Positions 35,337 through 48,144 of a DNA stretch of 64,000 nucleotides are shown in pieces. The notes beneath the pieces were generated by a model, which saw nothing but the letters and a program-made list of their open reading frames with translations, had not been told where the DNA came from and did no database searches. A program made the position numbers and the translations under genes. The first letter of the stretch is position 1. Each line of letters starts with the position of its first letter. Source of the stretch: Marsupella aquatica (taxonomy: Eukaryota > Plantae > Marchantiophyta); contig OZ316894.1 in assembly GCA_973895155.1 (NCBI GenBank), forward strand, positions 24,364,709-24,428,708, written 5' to 3'.

Positions 35337-38300
35337 AGATATATTGGTATTGTAACCAGACTCCTTGCAGTCTTATATAAAGTTCACCCCGAGGTTCATC
35401 CTCGTCGGATCCTTGTGAATAATGTCGTTTCGGTTTGCAACGTTAGTTGAATGAATAGTTGATACTGTATGGCCTTAGTTATGTTTGCTGGACATGTTTT
35501 ACTCCACAAATTGGGCAGCTAGAGCTTGCCAGTGGCTAACTACGTCGACTGCACAAAGAGACAAGTTTTGGCGTGGCCGGAAGGTTGAAGGAGAGCTCCC
35601 CAAGTGGTGTTTTCGTTAGATTCTTCGAAAACAGATAATGAACCATGATCTGGAACAACGTTATGTAATACTTGGTCTTCTGTGGCAATGACGTGTACAT
35701 GATCTCGGACGAACATATCGGTAATATCTTGTAGACTAATCTCCTTGGCTGCATTGATTTCTCTCTTCCTGCTGCTTCGTTTGGGCACCACTTCTTGGAC
35801 TTCCACCAATTCAGCCACCAATTTGATATATATTCTGGCGACAATTTGTAAGAGAACAAGGTACGTACTGCAGCTGGCGAGCGAAGGTCAATGCAGCTTG
35901 TCTCTGGGGCTAAACTTCTAGCACCCAAATTTAGTATTGAGGAAGGCAATTTTACGCTGGCACCGTGTACGTAAATTAGTAAGGGTGAACATGGCGTTGG
36001 AGATAACTTGAATACTTCCCGGCCGAACATCACCATCCCTACCGAAGCACTTACGACTGACTTGCGTCACAATCATAGTTAAAAAATTACATACGTACAG
36101 GGTGTTGTGCCACGTCAAAAGTTGCCGGAATTACTGTGTTCTGGACATCTAACTTCCATTTCAACTGTGCCATAACCTCTCCGTGCATGTTACATCCGAT
36201 TCGAAATCGAACATCAATGTTTGCTCCTCATCATACAGCATAATTCATTACGAAAAGGGTCGCCATCACCTAATGTAGCTTTGCTTCGAGCTATAAGACT
36301 CAGATAAACTAGTCCCCGCATACTCTTGCGTATTCACAGGAAGGGAAGGGCTCCCTGCAGCCATACCCCAATGCTTACCCCTACTCACAGGAAATATTAA
36401 ATGCGTCTCATTTGGTTTCCTCTACCCTTAAATTCGATCGCGAATTATCTTATGGATGTCCTCTGTACTTAAATCTTAACCAGATTGCAACATAGACTTG
36501 GTAACGGTGCAAACAGAGAATGAGACATCAGTAAATGGACTGCCACGGGAATAGTGAAGGCTGATAACCTAAATGTCAAAGCGGAGAACATTCAATTTAG
36601 GCAGGAAATACTGATGCACACGAAGCCTAACTAAACGAACAATGATCGAACAAAATTGTTTCAAACAAAAATGAAAGAAACCAAATCAAGGCCCAACCGA
36701 AGAACCTTGAATGACGCCCTTTGAAATTGAATACCCAACTCCAAATAGTTTAGAAAGTACGTCAAAACAATCGGAAACAGTGGGAAATTCCTCCAACAGT
36801 TCTTATCTAAAACCGGTTCAATCTCAGCACATGAGTCGTAAGTTGCCTGTTCCTTCGAAGCACAGAACTGAGTAAACAGAAAAACCACACCAGAAGTAGT
36901 AGTTCCGCAGCAATAGGCCTTGGTGAAGCTCTCTGGAAGCTCCGAAGCCATTCCCAAAAGACCAAACCTTGCAAAGCGGAGTAACGGCCCTCTTTGATCT
37001 GTCTGAACAGTCATCAGCTGAGTGTTCAGATAGATCAAGACCCAGGTGTATAATTGCTATGGCTAGGGAATATTTGGGATTTGATTCGGCTGATCACATT
37101 AATTTATTACACGTAGCTGAACGCAATCCTGATCCCAATTTCCTGCTGCAGGAAAATTCTGTACTGCCATCGCAATTTGTGGAGTAGTATACTGGGGGTC
37201 TTCAACTCCTATTTTCTACGACTCTGTCACCAAGACAAACCTTGAATCGCAGAGAAATTGCTTCACGAAAGAACATGAGACAAATTTTTAGATCAAATCG
37301 AAATCGTCTATGATCGGATGGCTGTGCTCAATTCTCGCATGATTTCAAGAAGTTTGGCGAGGTAACGGATGAATCTATCAGGTGATACTGTACCAGGTTG
37401 AATTGATTGTCTTACGTCAATTTGTTCTTCGATAAGGCCCCGTTCTTTGATTTCAACAGCCAGCTCACTGTAAAACATTTTCACACCGTAACTCGTGCCA
37501 AAGAAATAGCGAAGTTGTCTCTAGAGACAGCACAGAGTAGCACTTCATTGGCCAAAGGCAAACCCATGCCCATAATTCTAGTTCATCCAGTAAGCTCGAA
37601 AAGCCGCCACGACCAGCCCACATGGAAATGGCCCAGTGGGCCCAGTGGCGACCATTCTCAGATTGCATGACGTCCGATGCGTCCAGAGACTCGAGCAAAA
37701 GGTCGCTGAAAGATCGAGCTGAGTGGGTTGACAGACGAGGCTGAAGAGCTGAAACAAGTCAACTTTCTCGGATTTGCTCCAAAAAAAATTTGGTTGATCA
37801 GACAGTAGAAAAGATCAGTGTTTCCTCACGGGGTCAATCGGGCACTCTCACCATGGTCAAACCAGATAAGGAGAAGTATAAAGCATAAAAAAACTCCTCA
37901 ATCATGCCTTCAAAGCTTTTAAAATCTTAAACAAGTGAGTTCAAATCTTTGGCCGCAGGATATTGCTCTCGTCACAGGAAGCTGATCAACCGCAGCCCAC
38001 CAGAACTATTATTGGTCCTCAATGCCGATCCGATAGGCTCATGACGACTGGGATTCTTTGTCGGCAGGATACTCACCTCGTCATTCCAAAGCCGCCCGAA
38101 AGGCATCCGGAAGGAGCCGAATCGGAATGCGAACTGACCGCAGACCTTTACAATATTGTCACATCATTACCTGTCAGTGCCGATCTAAGAGGTCATAGTC
38201 AAACTCCTTTTGATTTATCACGCGTAATATGGACCCGATGCAGTCCATGGAGGCGCCTGGCTCGATTTGTCTCGCTTCGAAACATCTCGTTTACGCCGAC

Positions 38301-39269
38301 GCGGAGTCCAGTGCTCGTCATCAGGCATGGGTCAGCAAAGGTGTCGTCACTATCATAGACTTGTCCACTGCTCTGGATTTTGACTTGATATAAACAACTA
38401 CCTCCAAGTACACCAAGTTATCATGAGTTCACCTCGTCAATTTGATGAAGACTGACATCCGAGTGCCTCGAGGACCGAATTTTCACACGATCGAGCAGGG
38501 CCATTAATTGAATCGACCGCCTACATCTCATTAGGCGATATCACTTGCCGAGGAAAAGCTCAGTATACGTAGGAAGAGAATCTGCCACTGATGAGCTAGA
38601 GGAGCGAGCAAGACCAGATGCGGACATACCGTAGTTCACTCGCGGACAACAGAATTGAACTACTTGAGAGACTGTAAGCAGGTAGGCCCGCCCTTTCGTT
38701 CTTCGCGTAATCTTCTCCCTTGTCGTCGCAAGCGCCGCTGCGACTCACTATGAACGCAGAGAAATGATGAGTGTCCATTTTCGAAAGTTCTGAGGTTTTA
38801 GAGAGGACGTCCCGTTCAGAGAATCCTTTCACTTTTGTTCTAGTCTAAAGGTGATTACTGAGATTGAAGGTGGCGTCATTGTAGAAGCGGAAAAGGGGAC
38901 TGGTAATGAATTCGGTACTAATAACGTAACATCCTGTTCAGACGAGTAGAAAGCATCACATCGAAATATACAATCCGGATATAAATGGAAGATCTATAAC
39001 ACTCGCCCATCAATCAATCCTCTAGTAATATGGCACAATACTAACACATCTGCCATGCAGTTTCTCGACTTCTAGGACTCAGAACCACCTGTTTGAGATG
39101 TTCGAGACTACTTGAATATGCGCGAAGGGAAGCTCAAATCGTGAAAGTCTGTCAATATACTCGTTAAGGAGGGAGCCAAGGGAATTGAGCGGTCTGGGGA
39201 TACATCAATCAAGCTGAACTTGGGAGTCCATATAAGAAACGGGCTTCTCATAGTTCTTAATAATTCATC

Positions 39270-40277
39270 ATGCGTGTTGGAAGCTCCCGCGTACTTCTGG
39301 CCCTCGCTATCATTTTGAGATTGTCTTCGGCTGGCTTCTTAGAAGGGGCAGAAGCAACCGGCTCAACGCATTTGCCACGATTGGAGCCGCTCAGTTACGT
39401 TAAGACCGACCGGCTCAATGTTGCCTATTATGAAGCTGGGCCAGAAGACGGCGAGGTCGTGCTCCTCCTCCACGGATGGCCCTACGACATCCACAGCTAC
39501 GTCGATGTTGCCCCTGACTTAGCTCACCGAGGGTACCGTGTTATCGTCCCATATCTGCGCGGCTATGGCCCGACAACATTCCTCTACACCGACACTTTCC
39601 GGTCCGGTGAGCAGGCTGCCCTTGGGGCAGACGTCATTGCATTGCTGGACGCACTTCACATACCGAAGGCAATCTTCGCCGGGTACGACTGGGGTGGTCG
39701 CGGGGCATGTGTTGCTGCCGCATTGTGGCCGGAGCGCTGCTCGGGATTGGTCTCGGTTAACAGCTATCTCATACAGGACCTCTCTGTTGCGTGGGTGCCG
39801 CTAGCGCCAGCAATCGAGGCTGGATTCTGGTACTTCTACTACTTCCTCACGCCGCGGGGAGCAGCGGCGTTGGCTCAGAATTCTAAGGGAATCGCTCGAG
39901 TCGTCTGGACGAAAAACTCGCCACAATGGAACTTCACAGAAGCGGACCTCGATCGAGCATCCACAATCTCGATCAACCCCGACTACGTCGACGTCGTTCT
40001 CCACTGCTATCGCCACCGACTCCTTTACGCACCCGGGGATCCAGCCTATGCCGACCTCGAGTCTCAGCTTCTGAAGCAGCCGCCGATCCCAGTTCCTGCA
40101 GTCACTCTCGATGGGCTCGCCGACGGCAATTTCCCGGCCACCAACGGATCCTCCTCTGCAAGCCACTTCACTGGACCGCGCGTACATCACCAGATACCGG
40201 GAGCTGGTCACAACCTTCCTCAAGAACGTCCGAAAGCATTCGTGGAGGCAGTCCTTGAGGTAGCTAGCCTTCTTTGA
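39270..40277 (+). CDS. Secreted alpha/beta hydrolase, epoxide-hydrolase-like, bacterial-type (335 aa)
   Basis: Signal peptide; LLHGWPYD oxyanion motif, YLRGYG, nucleophile GYDWGG, catalytic His in GHNLPQE; intronless and visibly more GC-rich than the flanks. Confidence 0.92.
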   Translation: MRVGSSRVLLALAIILRLSSAGFLEGAEATGSTHLPRLEPLSYVKTDRLNVAYYEAGPEDGEVVLLLHGWPYDIHSYVDVAPDLAHRGYRVIVPYLRGYGPTTFLYTDTFRSGEQAALGADVIALLDALHIPKAIFAGYDWGGRGACVAAALWPERCSGLVSVNSYLIQDLSVAWVPLAPAIEAGFWYFYYFLTPRGAAALAQNSKGIARVVWTKNSPQWNFTEADLDRASTISINPDYVDVVLHCYRHRLLYAPGDPAYADLESQLLKQPPIPVPAVTLDGLADGNFPATNGSSSASHFTGPRVHHQIPGAGHNLPQERPKAFVEAVLEVASLL

Positions 40278-41205
40278 GGAATCCAGCGTTCCACCACAGA
40301 GACACAGACATTGGGGAATGAATTCTCACTATACTGCCCTCTTCTCTTGCACTGTCTAGTGTCATGATTGTAGATTGCCGGTCCTTGGTGAGAAGACCAC
40401 AGCTGCGAGAGTCTTTAACCTCTTAACACGAGAGCCAATTACATAACTTGTGCCCTTCAAATTACTACTTCCTCAGCCATGGTCCAGAAAATCAAGAGTG
40501 AATTACAAATCTTCAGTCGGTCTATGTGAGTTCTTGCACATTGCTAGAACAACTTCAGCCGTCAGTTAAAGGACCCAATTAGTATTTCCAGAGCAATCTC
40601 CGAGTAAGTGTGTGAGATAGTTGACAAACAACGCACACGACACATCCGTTCTTCGGATTGAGATTGGCTTATTGTGGTTTAATTCTGTCACAAAAAAATC
40701 CCATTACAATAAACGAAACTCATGCTCAGTACCTCCCATCCATATATTTAGTCGATTCAAGCCAATTCAATTAATAAGATCAACTACGGTAGACAGGAAT
40801 CCGAAGAACCATGCTTTCAAGCCGACAGAACTTCAAGCCAATTCAATTCATGAGACCAACCAGATAGGAATGGGAGGAACAATGCTTCAAGCCGTCATAA
40901 CCTCAAATTTCAGCCTCGAGGAGTATGTACGCTGCATTAAATTGTGGGATACAATTGCCTGACTTCAATAACACAGGTTGCGTGAAAGGCAATAACTAAA
41001 AACCTACTGTACCTCACTTTTTCAGCAAATTAGTCTCCAAAACAAATCTCGGACAGTTCTCCGACGACAAATCTCATTTCGCTCCAACTATCAGTCACAA
41101 CCTTGGGTACTGAAGAGGCTCATCCCATAAGGGTAGACCATCGTATCTTAAAACGCCTCACATGAATTCATGGGTTGAAGTTCCCATGCACCTCCAATGG
41201 TGCCT

Positions 41206-44200
41206 CTACCGGCGATACCTATATCGCTTGAAGTTGAAATAAACATGTAAAATACCACGCTCAAATGTGCACTTGAAACCTTTCTTGTGTGAATACTCCC
41301 ACTCTTTGTTCACAATCCTAAATGCCTGCACAACAATCAAGACAGGGAATGACATGTCAATACCACAAGCGTACACCATCACAGCCAGCTGTGCACTATT
41401 GTTGTACCATTCGTTGTGTGCGAATTCTGAAGATACATCAAGTATTATTATCTGTTGGAAAAGCGCATGAGATAGATGGAGATAAGGACGAGGCCAAGAA
41501 TAGAGAGAATACGTAGACTTACAATATCCTCATATGGAGGCCCTGCATGGAACCGTATCAGACAAGTCTCGCCAGTGCTTCCATCTCTTTCAATGTAATA
41601 GGTAGGAGCTTTTGTTTTATCCACAAGATCAGGATAAAAGATATTGAACTTGTAGCCTTGTACAATCTTAGGGGGAGGATTGTCATGATCGTAATGCGTT
41701 TGATTGTATTTATTCCACTCATAACCGGTGTGGACACGATTGAAATACTTTGGTTTTCTTGGGCGGTACTTATCATGCCACCAATACACCTGCCAGAAGA
41801 CAAACCAAACGTTGTGAAAAGACAATAAAAACTGTGACAGGCATAAATTGAACTTAAAACAATGAACAAACCTAGGAGAAATGTGTCTGAAGAGCCCCAA
41901 TCCACAACATAACCTCACCCGGTCATCTTAGTACCTGAACGTACTGACGAAATTGAAGGCTGCTACAAAGGTAGGCGGAACGACCTAAGAACATTTGAAA
42001 GTTACCTGTGATTCAAGATTTACTTCTGACCCAATCCCAAGTATAGCATCCCCTTCCTCCATGCCTCCCATGGCCTTCAACACTAAGGCCCGCTCCGGCC
42101 CTGTTAGCTCTATGTTGTCATCGTCAGTAGTAGTTGGTCCCACAGCAGCATCCTGCAATCTGCGTTGTTGCTCTTCCAGTACCTCAGCTCTCTTCCGCTC
42201 CTGTTCCCATTGGAAAAACAACGCACTCAGTAATCATTGATTAAAGGAGCACTGCTCCTGTAGTGCTATTTCTTGGCTCAGTCACCAAACCTGCTAGACT
42301 TCTCACAAAACTAGCCACAGATACTGTCGCTAGAAGTGAAAGAATTGAGAAAGTGTGGACTTACTAGATCTGCTTTATCTGTCTCAGGATCAACCACTTC
42401 ATCGCAATCATAATCCTGAACAAGTTCAGGAGAGAAGGATCCCGGTTCGTCTTCTGCCTCCCTTGGAACATCTTCTCTGTGTGTGTCTGTTAAAAGTTCG
42501 GGAGAGTATGCTCCTGGCTCTGCACAATTAAAATATAACATTAGAAACCTATAACTGCTTCTGAAATGGAAACAAGTAAAGCGATGGGTTTCTATAGATA
42601 TACGCTCCTTGATTTAGGGTTTAGGGTTATAGCAAGTAATCCAAGCAAGAAATACCCTTAAATTTATACGGTAGGATGCCAAACTTTGAGAACAGGTTTT
42701 GTAGCAGTAGCCCCAATACTGTTCGAGAATTCGCGTTGTCAGCATAGGACAGACCTCAGTGTTTAGGGTTGGATCCCGGACTTGTCTTCTGCAAGTATTT
42801 CTTGGATAAAGAAAGCGAGTCCAGAAAGCCAACGCTAAAGGAGAAACTCTAGAGAAGATTGGGAACCCGTGAAGTGAAGAACCCGGCTGACCGAACAGTA
42901 GAAAACAAACACAAGGTAGCTGACAACTCAAATCCAGACCAATCGCCATACCTTCAGAAGCTATATCTGCAGGGTCCTCATGTTCTTCGCCTTGACTTCT
43001 GCGGTCTTCATGTTCGTCCGAGTCTTGCAGCCTTTGCAAATGTTGACGAAGCAGATCTGCATGTATTTCCCGAAGTCGTGCCTGTCACAGTTTGCAATTT
43101 AGATTTCTCCTTTCCCCACAATTCCCAGAGTAGATCAGGAGCAACCTCACCTCTTTCTTCCAAATGGATCGCACTAAAGTATCCGGGAACGTGGTTGACA
43201 AATCCAGAAGGGCTTGTGAGATACACAGGAGAACGTGACTAAAACACTGAAGCTGACAAGCTCGCTCTCAATTCTCTAGTAAAACAGGAAATGAACGGAA
43301 GATAATGTCGTGGAAGTGTGGTATTCATGGAAGTGTGTAAGTAGTTTAACGTTTGTAGACACGGTACCTTTGCCTTGTAAATGTGTAGCCTCTTGAGCAC
43401 AGCTTCCCAATATTCCACCACTTTTGCGGTGCCTGAACGCATTTGTGCCTCAATCTGAGTCTGCATTTCATCAAGCTCGTAAAAGCTCTTGCCCTGCAGC
43501 ATATCCTTGACCTCCGCATCCACACTAGAGTGAAGCCCCATGTTCTCCGCCACAAGCTCAGGTGGGGGATCCTCCCCTCGAACACGAGCTCGGTCTAGAA
43601 TATCTCTTTTCCGAGCCTCAGATATTTCCCAATCACAAACAACCATCATAGCCTCCCAAAATTCAACGTGAGTGGGAGTAGCCCGATCCAGCTCCAAATG
43701 CATCTTGATGTCAGTTCGAAGTTCTTCCATTTCTTTCACAGTCAATCCCTTGTAAATCTTATAAGGCTCGTTAATTTCAATGTCGAAGTCATCGGACAGG
43801 TTAAGGTTTTTGGACAATACATCAATTGGCTTTGCACGCCCCTCGCGTAGACGTATCTCAGACCTGACCTTACTCTGCTCAAAATGAAACTCTTCTTCCT
43901 TTTTCTCCCAGTCCTGGAACTCAGCTCTTGCTCTCTCCCTAGCAAGCATGGCCATTTCTTCTTCATGCTGAGCTTTCTCGATTGCTCTTTCCTCTCTCCG
44001 CTTCTTCACCTTTTCGATCTCAGCCATTCGTTCCACCTGTCGCCTCTTCTCTGACTTCAATGACAGCTCCCGCGGATCCAAGCCATTCGTTAGATCTTTT
44101 TCAATCTTCTTCCTCCAAACGAATTTTTCGGTGAGATTGGCATCTCCAAAAGGGTTACTATCGTTGGTGTACCCCGACACCGTCTGAGTCTTCAATTTCT

Positions 44201-44468
44201 TCGCAACTTTGAGGGCCTTCTTCTGAGCTTTCTTGCTCAAATAATCTTTAAGAGCTTCATCGGTAACTCTCTTGGACGAAGCTCTAGGAGACCCGTCTGA
44301 CTCTTCCTCGCTGGGCGATTCCTCCGTATCACTCCGCTCCCTCCGACGTCTCTTCCGCCTACTCTCTGAGTGACGAGATTTCGAAGTCCTGCTCTTCCTC
44401 CTTCGTGATCCACTGCGTCCCCTCTCTTCTTCTTCTTCTACCTCCTCAGAATCGCTGGCCCTCGCCAT
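41206..44468 (-). CDS. CACTIN: Cactin (spliceosome-associated); exons 44468-43368, 43081-42952, 42519-42365, 42200-42006, 41789-41523, 41325-41206; 655 aa
   Basis: GYTNDSNPFGD, FHFEQSKVRSEIRLREGR, KYRPRKPKYFNRVHTGYEWNKYNQTHYDHDNPPPKIVQGYKFNIFYPDL, C-terminus FNFKRYRYRR; all exons join in frame. Confidence 0.97.
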
Positions 44469-45107
44469 GTGAACTTTCTCTTTTCAAGCCTTCTCCCCAA
44501 TGCCTAATGTCAACCTAGCCCTTTCAAAAGTCGAAGCAAAAAATGCCGAACGTCCGAAGCCAACAAATTGCCTGATCAAAACGATTCACAAATAAATTGC
44601 TCGAGATGCTCGCATCAACCTTGAAAACACCCTAATTCTTGAGAAGACCCTAATTCTTGAGAAGAAAGGCCGCATCCACGGTGAGCCTCATGAAACACCT
44701 AAACCCTTCTCGGTCGACAAAAAAGCTGAAGCAAAACACGAGAAATTGGATAGCATTGTGCCTGCGAGGCTCTGTCGACCGACATCATTCCTCCACAATC
44801 TGTCACAACCTAAACAACAAATTGATGACAGTAGCTACGTCTTCCAGCCTCGCATAAACCCAATCAGTCCCCCACGCCTCTCGAAAGGTGGCAGGTCAGT
44901 CCAGAGCCTACGGTAGTCACCTTGGATTCTTACGAAACTCCATCCCTGCGATTGCTTCACTGATGCACCAGTTGCACCATCCTCATTCACGTAGTCCTCA
45001 AATTGAAACAATTCAGAACAGCACCAGCGCCTGTTTTCATTTGCTCCGTCGTGGTTCTTCGGTCACCACCCTAAGTCCTGTTTCTAAAACATGAATTCCA
45101 GAGTAGA

Positions 45108-45110
<3 letters not shown>

Positions 45111-45150
<40 letters not shown>
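45111..45150. repeat. (TC)20 microsatellite
   Basis: Seen directly. Confidence 0.97.
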
Positions 45151-45154
<4 letters not shown>

Positions 45155-45194
45155 CAGCCCTACTATTTATGTCTTTTACTATTGGTCTCCATCA

Positions 45195-45730
45195 CTAATT
45201 GACTTCTTGAACCCCTCCTCTACTTTTCTTGTTGTATATCTATGGATATGGATGGTTATAAGCAGCCTATTATGAAGGTGCAAATTTTAGCCAAATTCAA
45301 CTAATTGAGTTCTTAAACCCCTCCTCTACTTTTCTCATTGTATATCTCTATATCTATGGATATGGATGGTCATAAGCAGCCTATTTTTAAGGTGCGAATT
45401 TGAGCCAAATTCAACTAATTGAGTTCTTAAACCCCTCCTCTACTTTTCTCGTTGTGTATCTATGGATATGGATGGTTATAAGCAGCCTATTGTTTAGGTG
45501 TGAATTTTACCCAAATTCAACTAATTGAGTTCTTAATGCCCTCCTCTACTTTTCTCGTTGTATATCTATGGATATGGATGGTTATAAGCAGCCTATTTTC
45601 AAGGTGCAAATTTTAGCCAAATTCAACTAAATGAGTTCTTAAACCCCTCCTCTACTTTTCTAGTTGTATATCAATGGATATGGATGGTTATAAGCAGCCT
45701 ATTTCTTAGATGTGAATTTTACCCAAATTC
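45195..45730. repeat. Tandem array of five ~106-bp units
   Basis: Units start at 45195, 45301, 45415, 45521 and 45627 (ctaattgagttcttaaacccctcctctac...gccaaattcaa); degenerate echoes at ~45950-46060. Confidence 0.93.
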
Positions 45731-47375
45731 CACCTCCCCAAAAAGTGTTCACCACTTTTGGCTAAAACTGGCTAGATTCTTTGAATGCCATTAGCCACTT
45801 CCCACCAAATCATGGACCTCATTTGCCAGAATCTAATGGTAGTCTGTGAATCTAGGGATATCTGATAACGAATATTCCTAGCATCTCTTCCCTTAGAGCA
45901 GCTGGCATTTGCCACACTGGCTGAAAACAAAAAACTTTTAAAATAAGGTGGTTATAAACCATTAAACCTCTCCTCTCCTTTTCTCTTTGTATTTCTATGG
46001 ATGATTGTAAGCCATTAAACGTCTCTCTACTTTTCTATGAATGTTTCTATGGCTAGGGGTTTATGAAGTTTGTGAAAGGTGGCTGGCCCCTCTAGAGGAT
46101 TACACAATTGCTTTACGGTAAAAACTAGAGCAAAAGTACACTTGAATGGGGCTTATACTTGATAATGCATGGCTACTGGTGGGGTGGGGGAAAAGGGGGG
46201 CGGCATGGGTAATATACCCTACACATCAACCTAGCGGCGTAGAGAGTCGGTACTTGTTGGCTTTCCTTGGATGTAGTCCTTTGGAGAGAAGAACACAAAA
46301 AGTAGAGGGTAAAAGCCCCCATGCCCGGGTGTTGAATCTTATTATTAAAGAACGAACTGAAGCCTAGGTCTAGAGTGAAACCTCTAGACCCTAACTCCCA
46401 AGCCTCTAGACTGTAACTCCCAACACACACAAAATTGATAATGAGTCTCAATAAAGAGTCCCCCACAACTCCAACAGAAATTCACAATTCCCTATGCCTA
46501 CTATTAGGAAATTCAAGTGTTAAGAACCCAATGGGTCCCACTCTAATAGGTTGCCTGCCTCCTTCCATTAAGTTTATAAAAGTTGGGTCCCACTCTTTAA
46601 ATTTGCCCGCCTGCCAGTTTTTATTTAGGTGATAAGAGTTGGGTCACACTTTTATTATAAATGTTTCCTGCTTGCCCATTTCTATTTAGGTGATAAGATA
46701 ATGACCTCCACTTTCTCCAATGTGTCAAGTGTTTTATGAAAAAAAGGCTTTGGTCAACCCAACTTTGGGATGGGAGTTTGTGCAAAAGTTGGTCAACTGA
46801 GGAAGCTTGAACTGATAATCTTGCTTGCCACAACTTATACCATTGGGCTATGCTTGCTGGGACAATTTTAGAAAATCCTGCCCTTATGTGGATGGCATTC
46901 TAAAATGTGACAACACCCTCATGTCTTCAACTTGTGTGCATGATGGGGTAACACAATTTGCACCCAATCCAACAAACAGCAATAAATTAGTTTGCAAGGA
47001 ACTCAAATAGTTTTGCTTGATTGTGCTCCCAAGTTGATAAAAAGTGAAGTGTGACCTGTTCCTATATACGAATGGCTAGGATTGCATCTCCCACATAGAA
47101 AAAAAGTAATTGCTGCCCCCAAGTTCTTATAAAGCCACGCTTAGGTGAAAGTTCCGATGAAAACAGGACAAAAGTACACTTGGGTCTATGCCTAATAATC
47201 CATGGATAATTAGTATACCCTAAACCCAGGCCTCGCAAAATAATATCGCACCCTGGAGGCAATTAGTTGGCCCACAGTTCATAGGTGATAAGAGTTGAGT
47301 CCGAATCTTACTGGAAATGCTGCCTACCTGTCCATCCTAACCCGGGGGTTCTGAGCCTCAGGAGAAAGTCTAGGA

Positions 47376-47520
47376 TAATGACGGTCTGGTCGACCGTTAC
47401 TAGGTTGTAATGGGACGACCAGGTTCTGACATAGTTGTGACCGGCGGTAGCCGGGAGCGACTGTGGAGGAACCGGGGAGGGCCAGTACAACGTAGTAACG
47501 GACGACCGAGATCGTTATTA
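47376..47520. repeat. Imperfect palindrome with ~34-bp arms and a ~75-bp spacer
   Basis: 47388-47409 ggtcgaccgttactaggttgta pairs with 47486-47507 (20/22), and extends outward with one gap. Confidence 0.85.
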
Positions 47521-48144
47521 ACGTACGTAATCATGGTTTTTAGTCCATATTACCGGCTGTGACCAGTTCAATCAATCGGGAACGTCGATGCAGTGCGAGC
47601 CGTGGCAGCGGGGTAAAGAAGGAAAGGGGCGCCTAGCTCCTCATTCAACATTTCGAATTGTGTTTGAGCTTTGGGCGGAGGCGACAAGCAGTAGCACCCG
47701 ATTTGAGTTTGAGCTTCGTGCAGACGAGCAGCAGTAGCTGCCAACGATGAAACGATCAATAGCGCCAATGGAGAGCTTGAATGCAATGGAGATCAATGGA
47801 GCGATGGAGATCAATTGAGTACAGTGGCAATGAGCGGGGAATGGCAGCATCGGGTTCAAATTTCTTTCAGCCAAGAATTGCTAGTTTCTTGGAGCGGTGA
47901 CTGGCAGATGACAATCTTGTTTCCATGCAAGTTGATGAAGGAATGGCGAGTTGCATGGAGCGGGGAGTGACCGATATCCTTTTTGAATTTGTGTTTGTCT
48001 ATGCGAGTTGCAACAGCGCCTTGAAGACAGTTGAGTTGCATACAGTCGAGTTGATAGAAGACTCTCATTCGCTGTGTACCTACAATCTTTTTAGTAACTA
48101 TGTTAGCCCAGGTCGAGAGTTTGGTCTCATTCTCTGAAATACTA

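Noticed and set aside
35536-38832. Scattered 60-170 aa ORFs between the Cys-rich gene and the hydrolase
   Set aside because: No recognisable motifs or consistent exon structure
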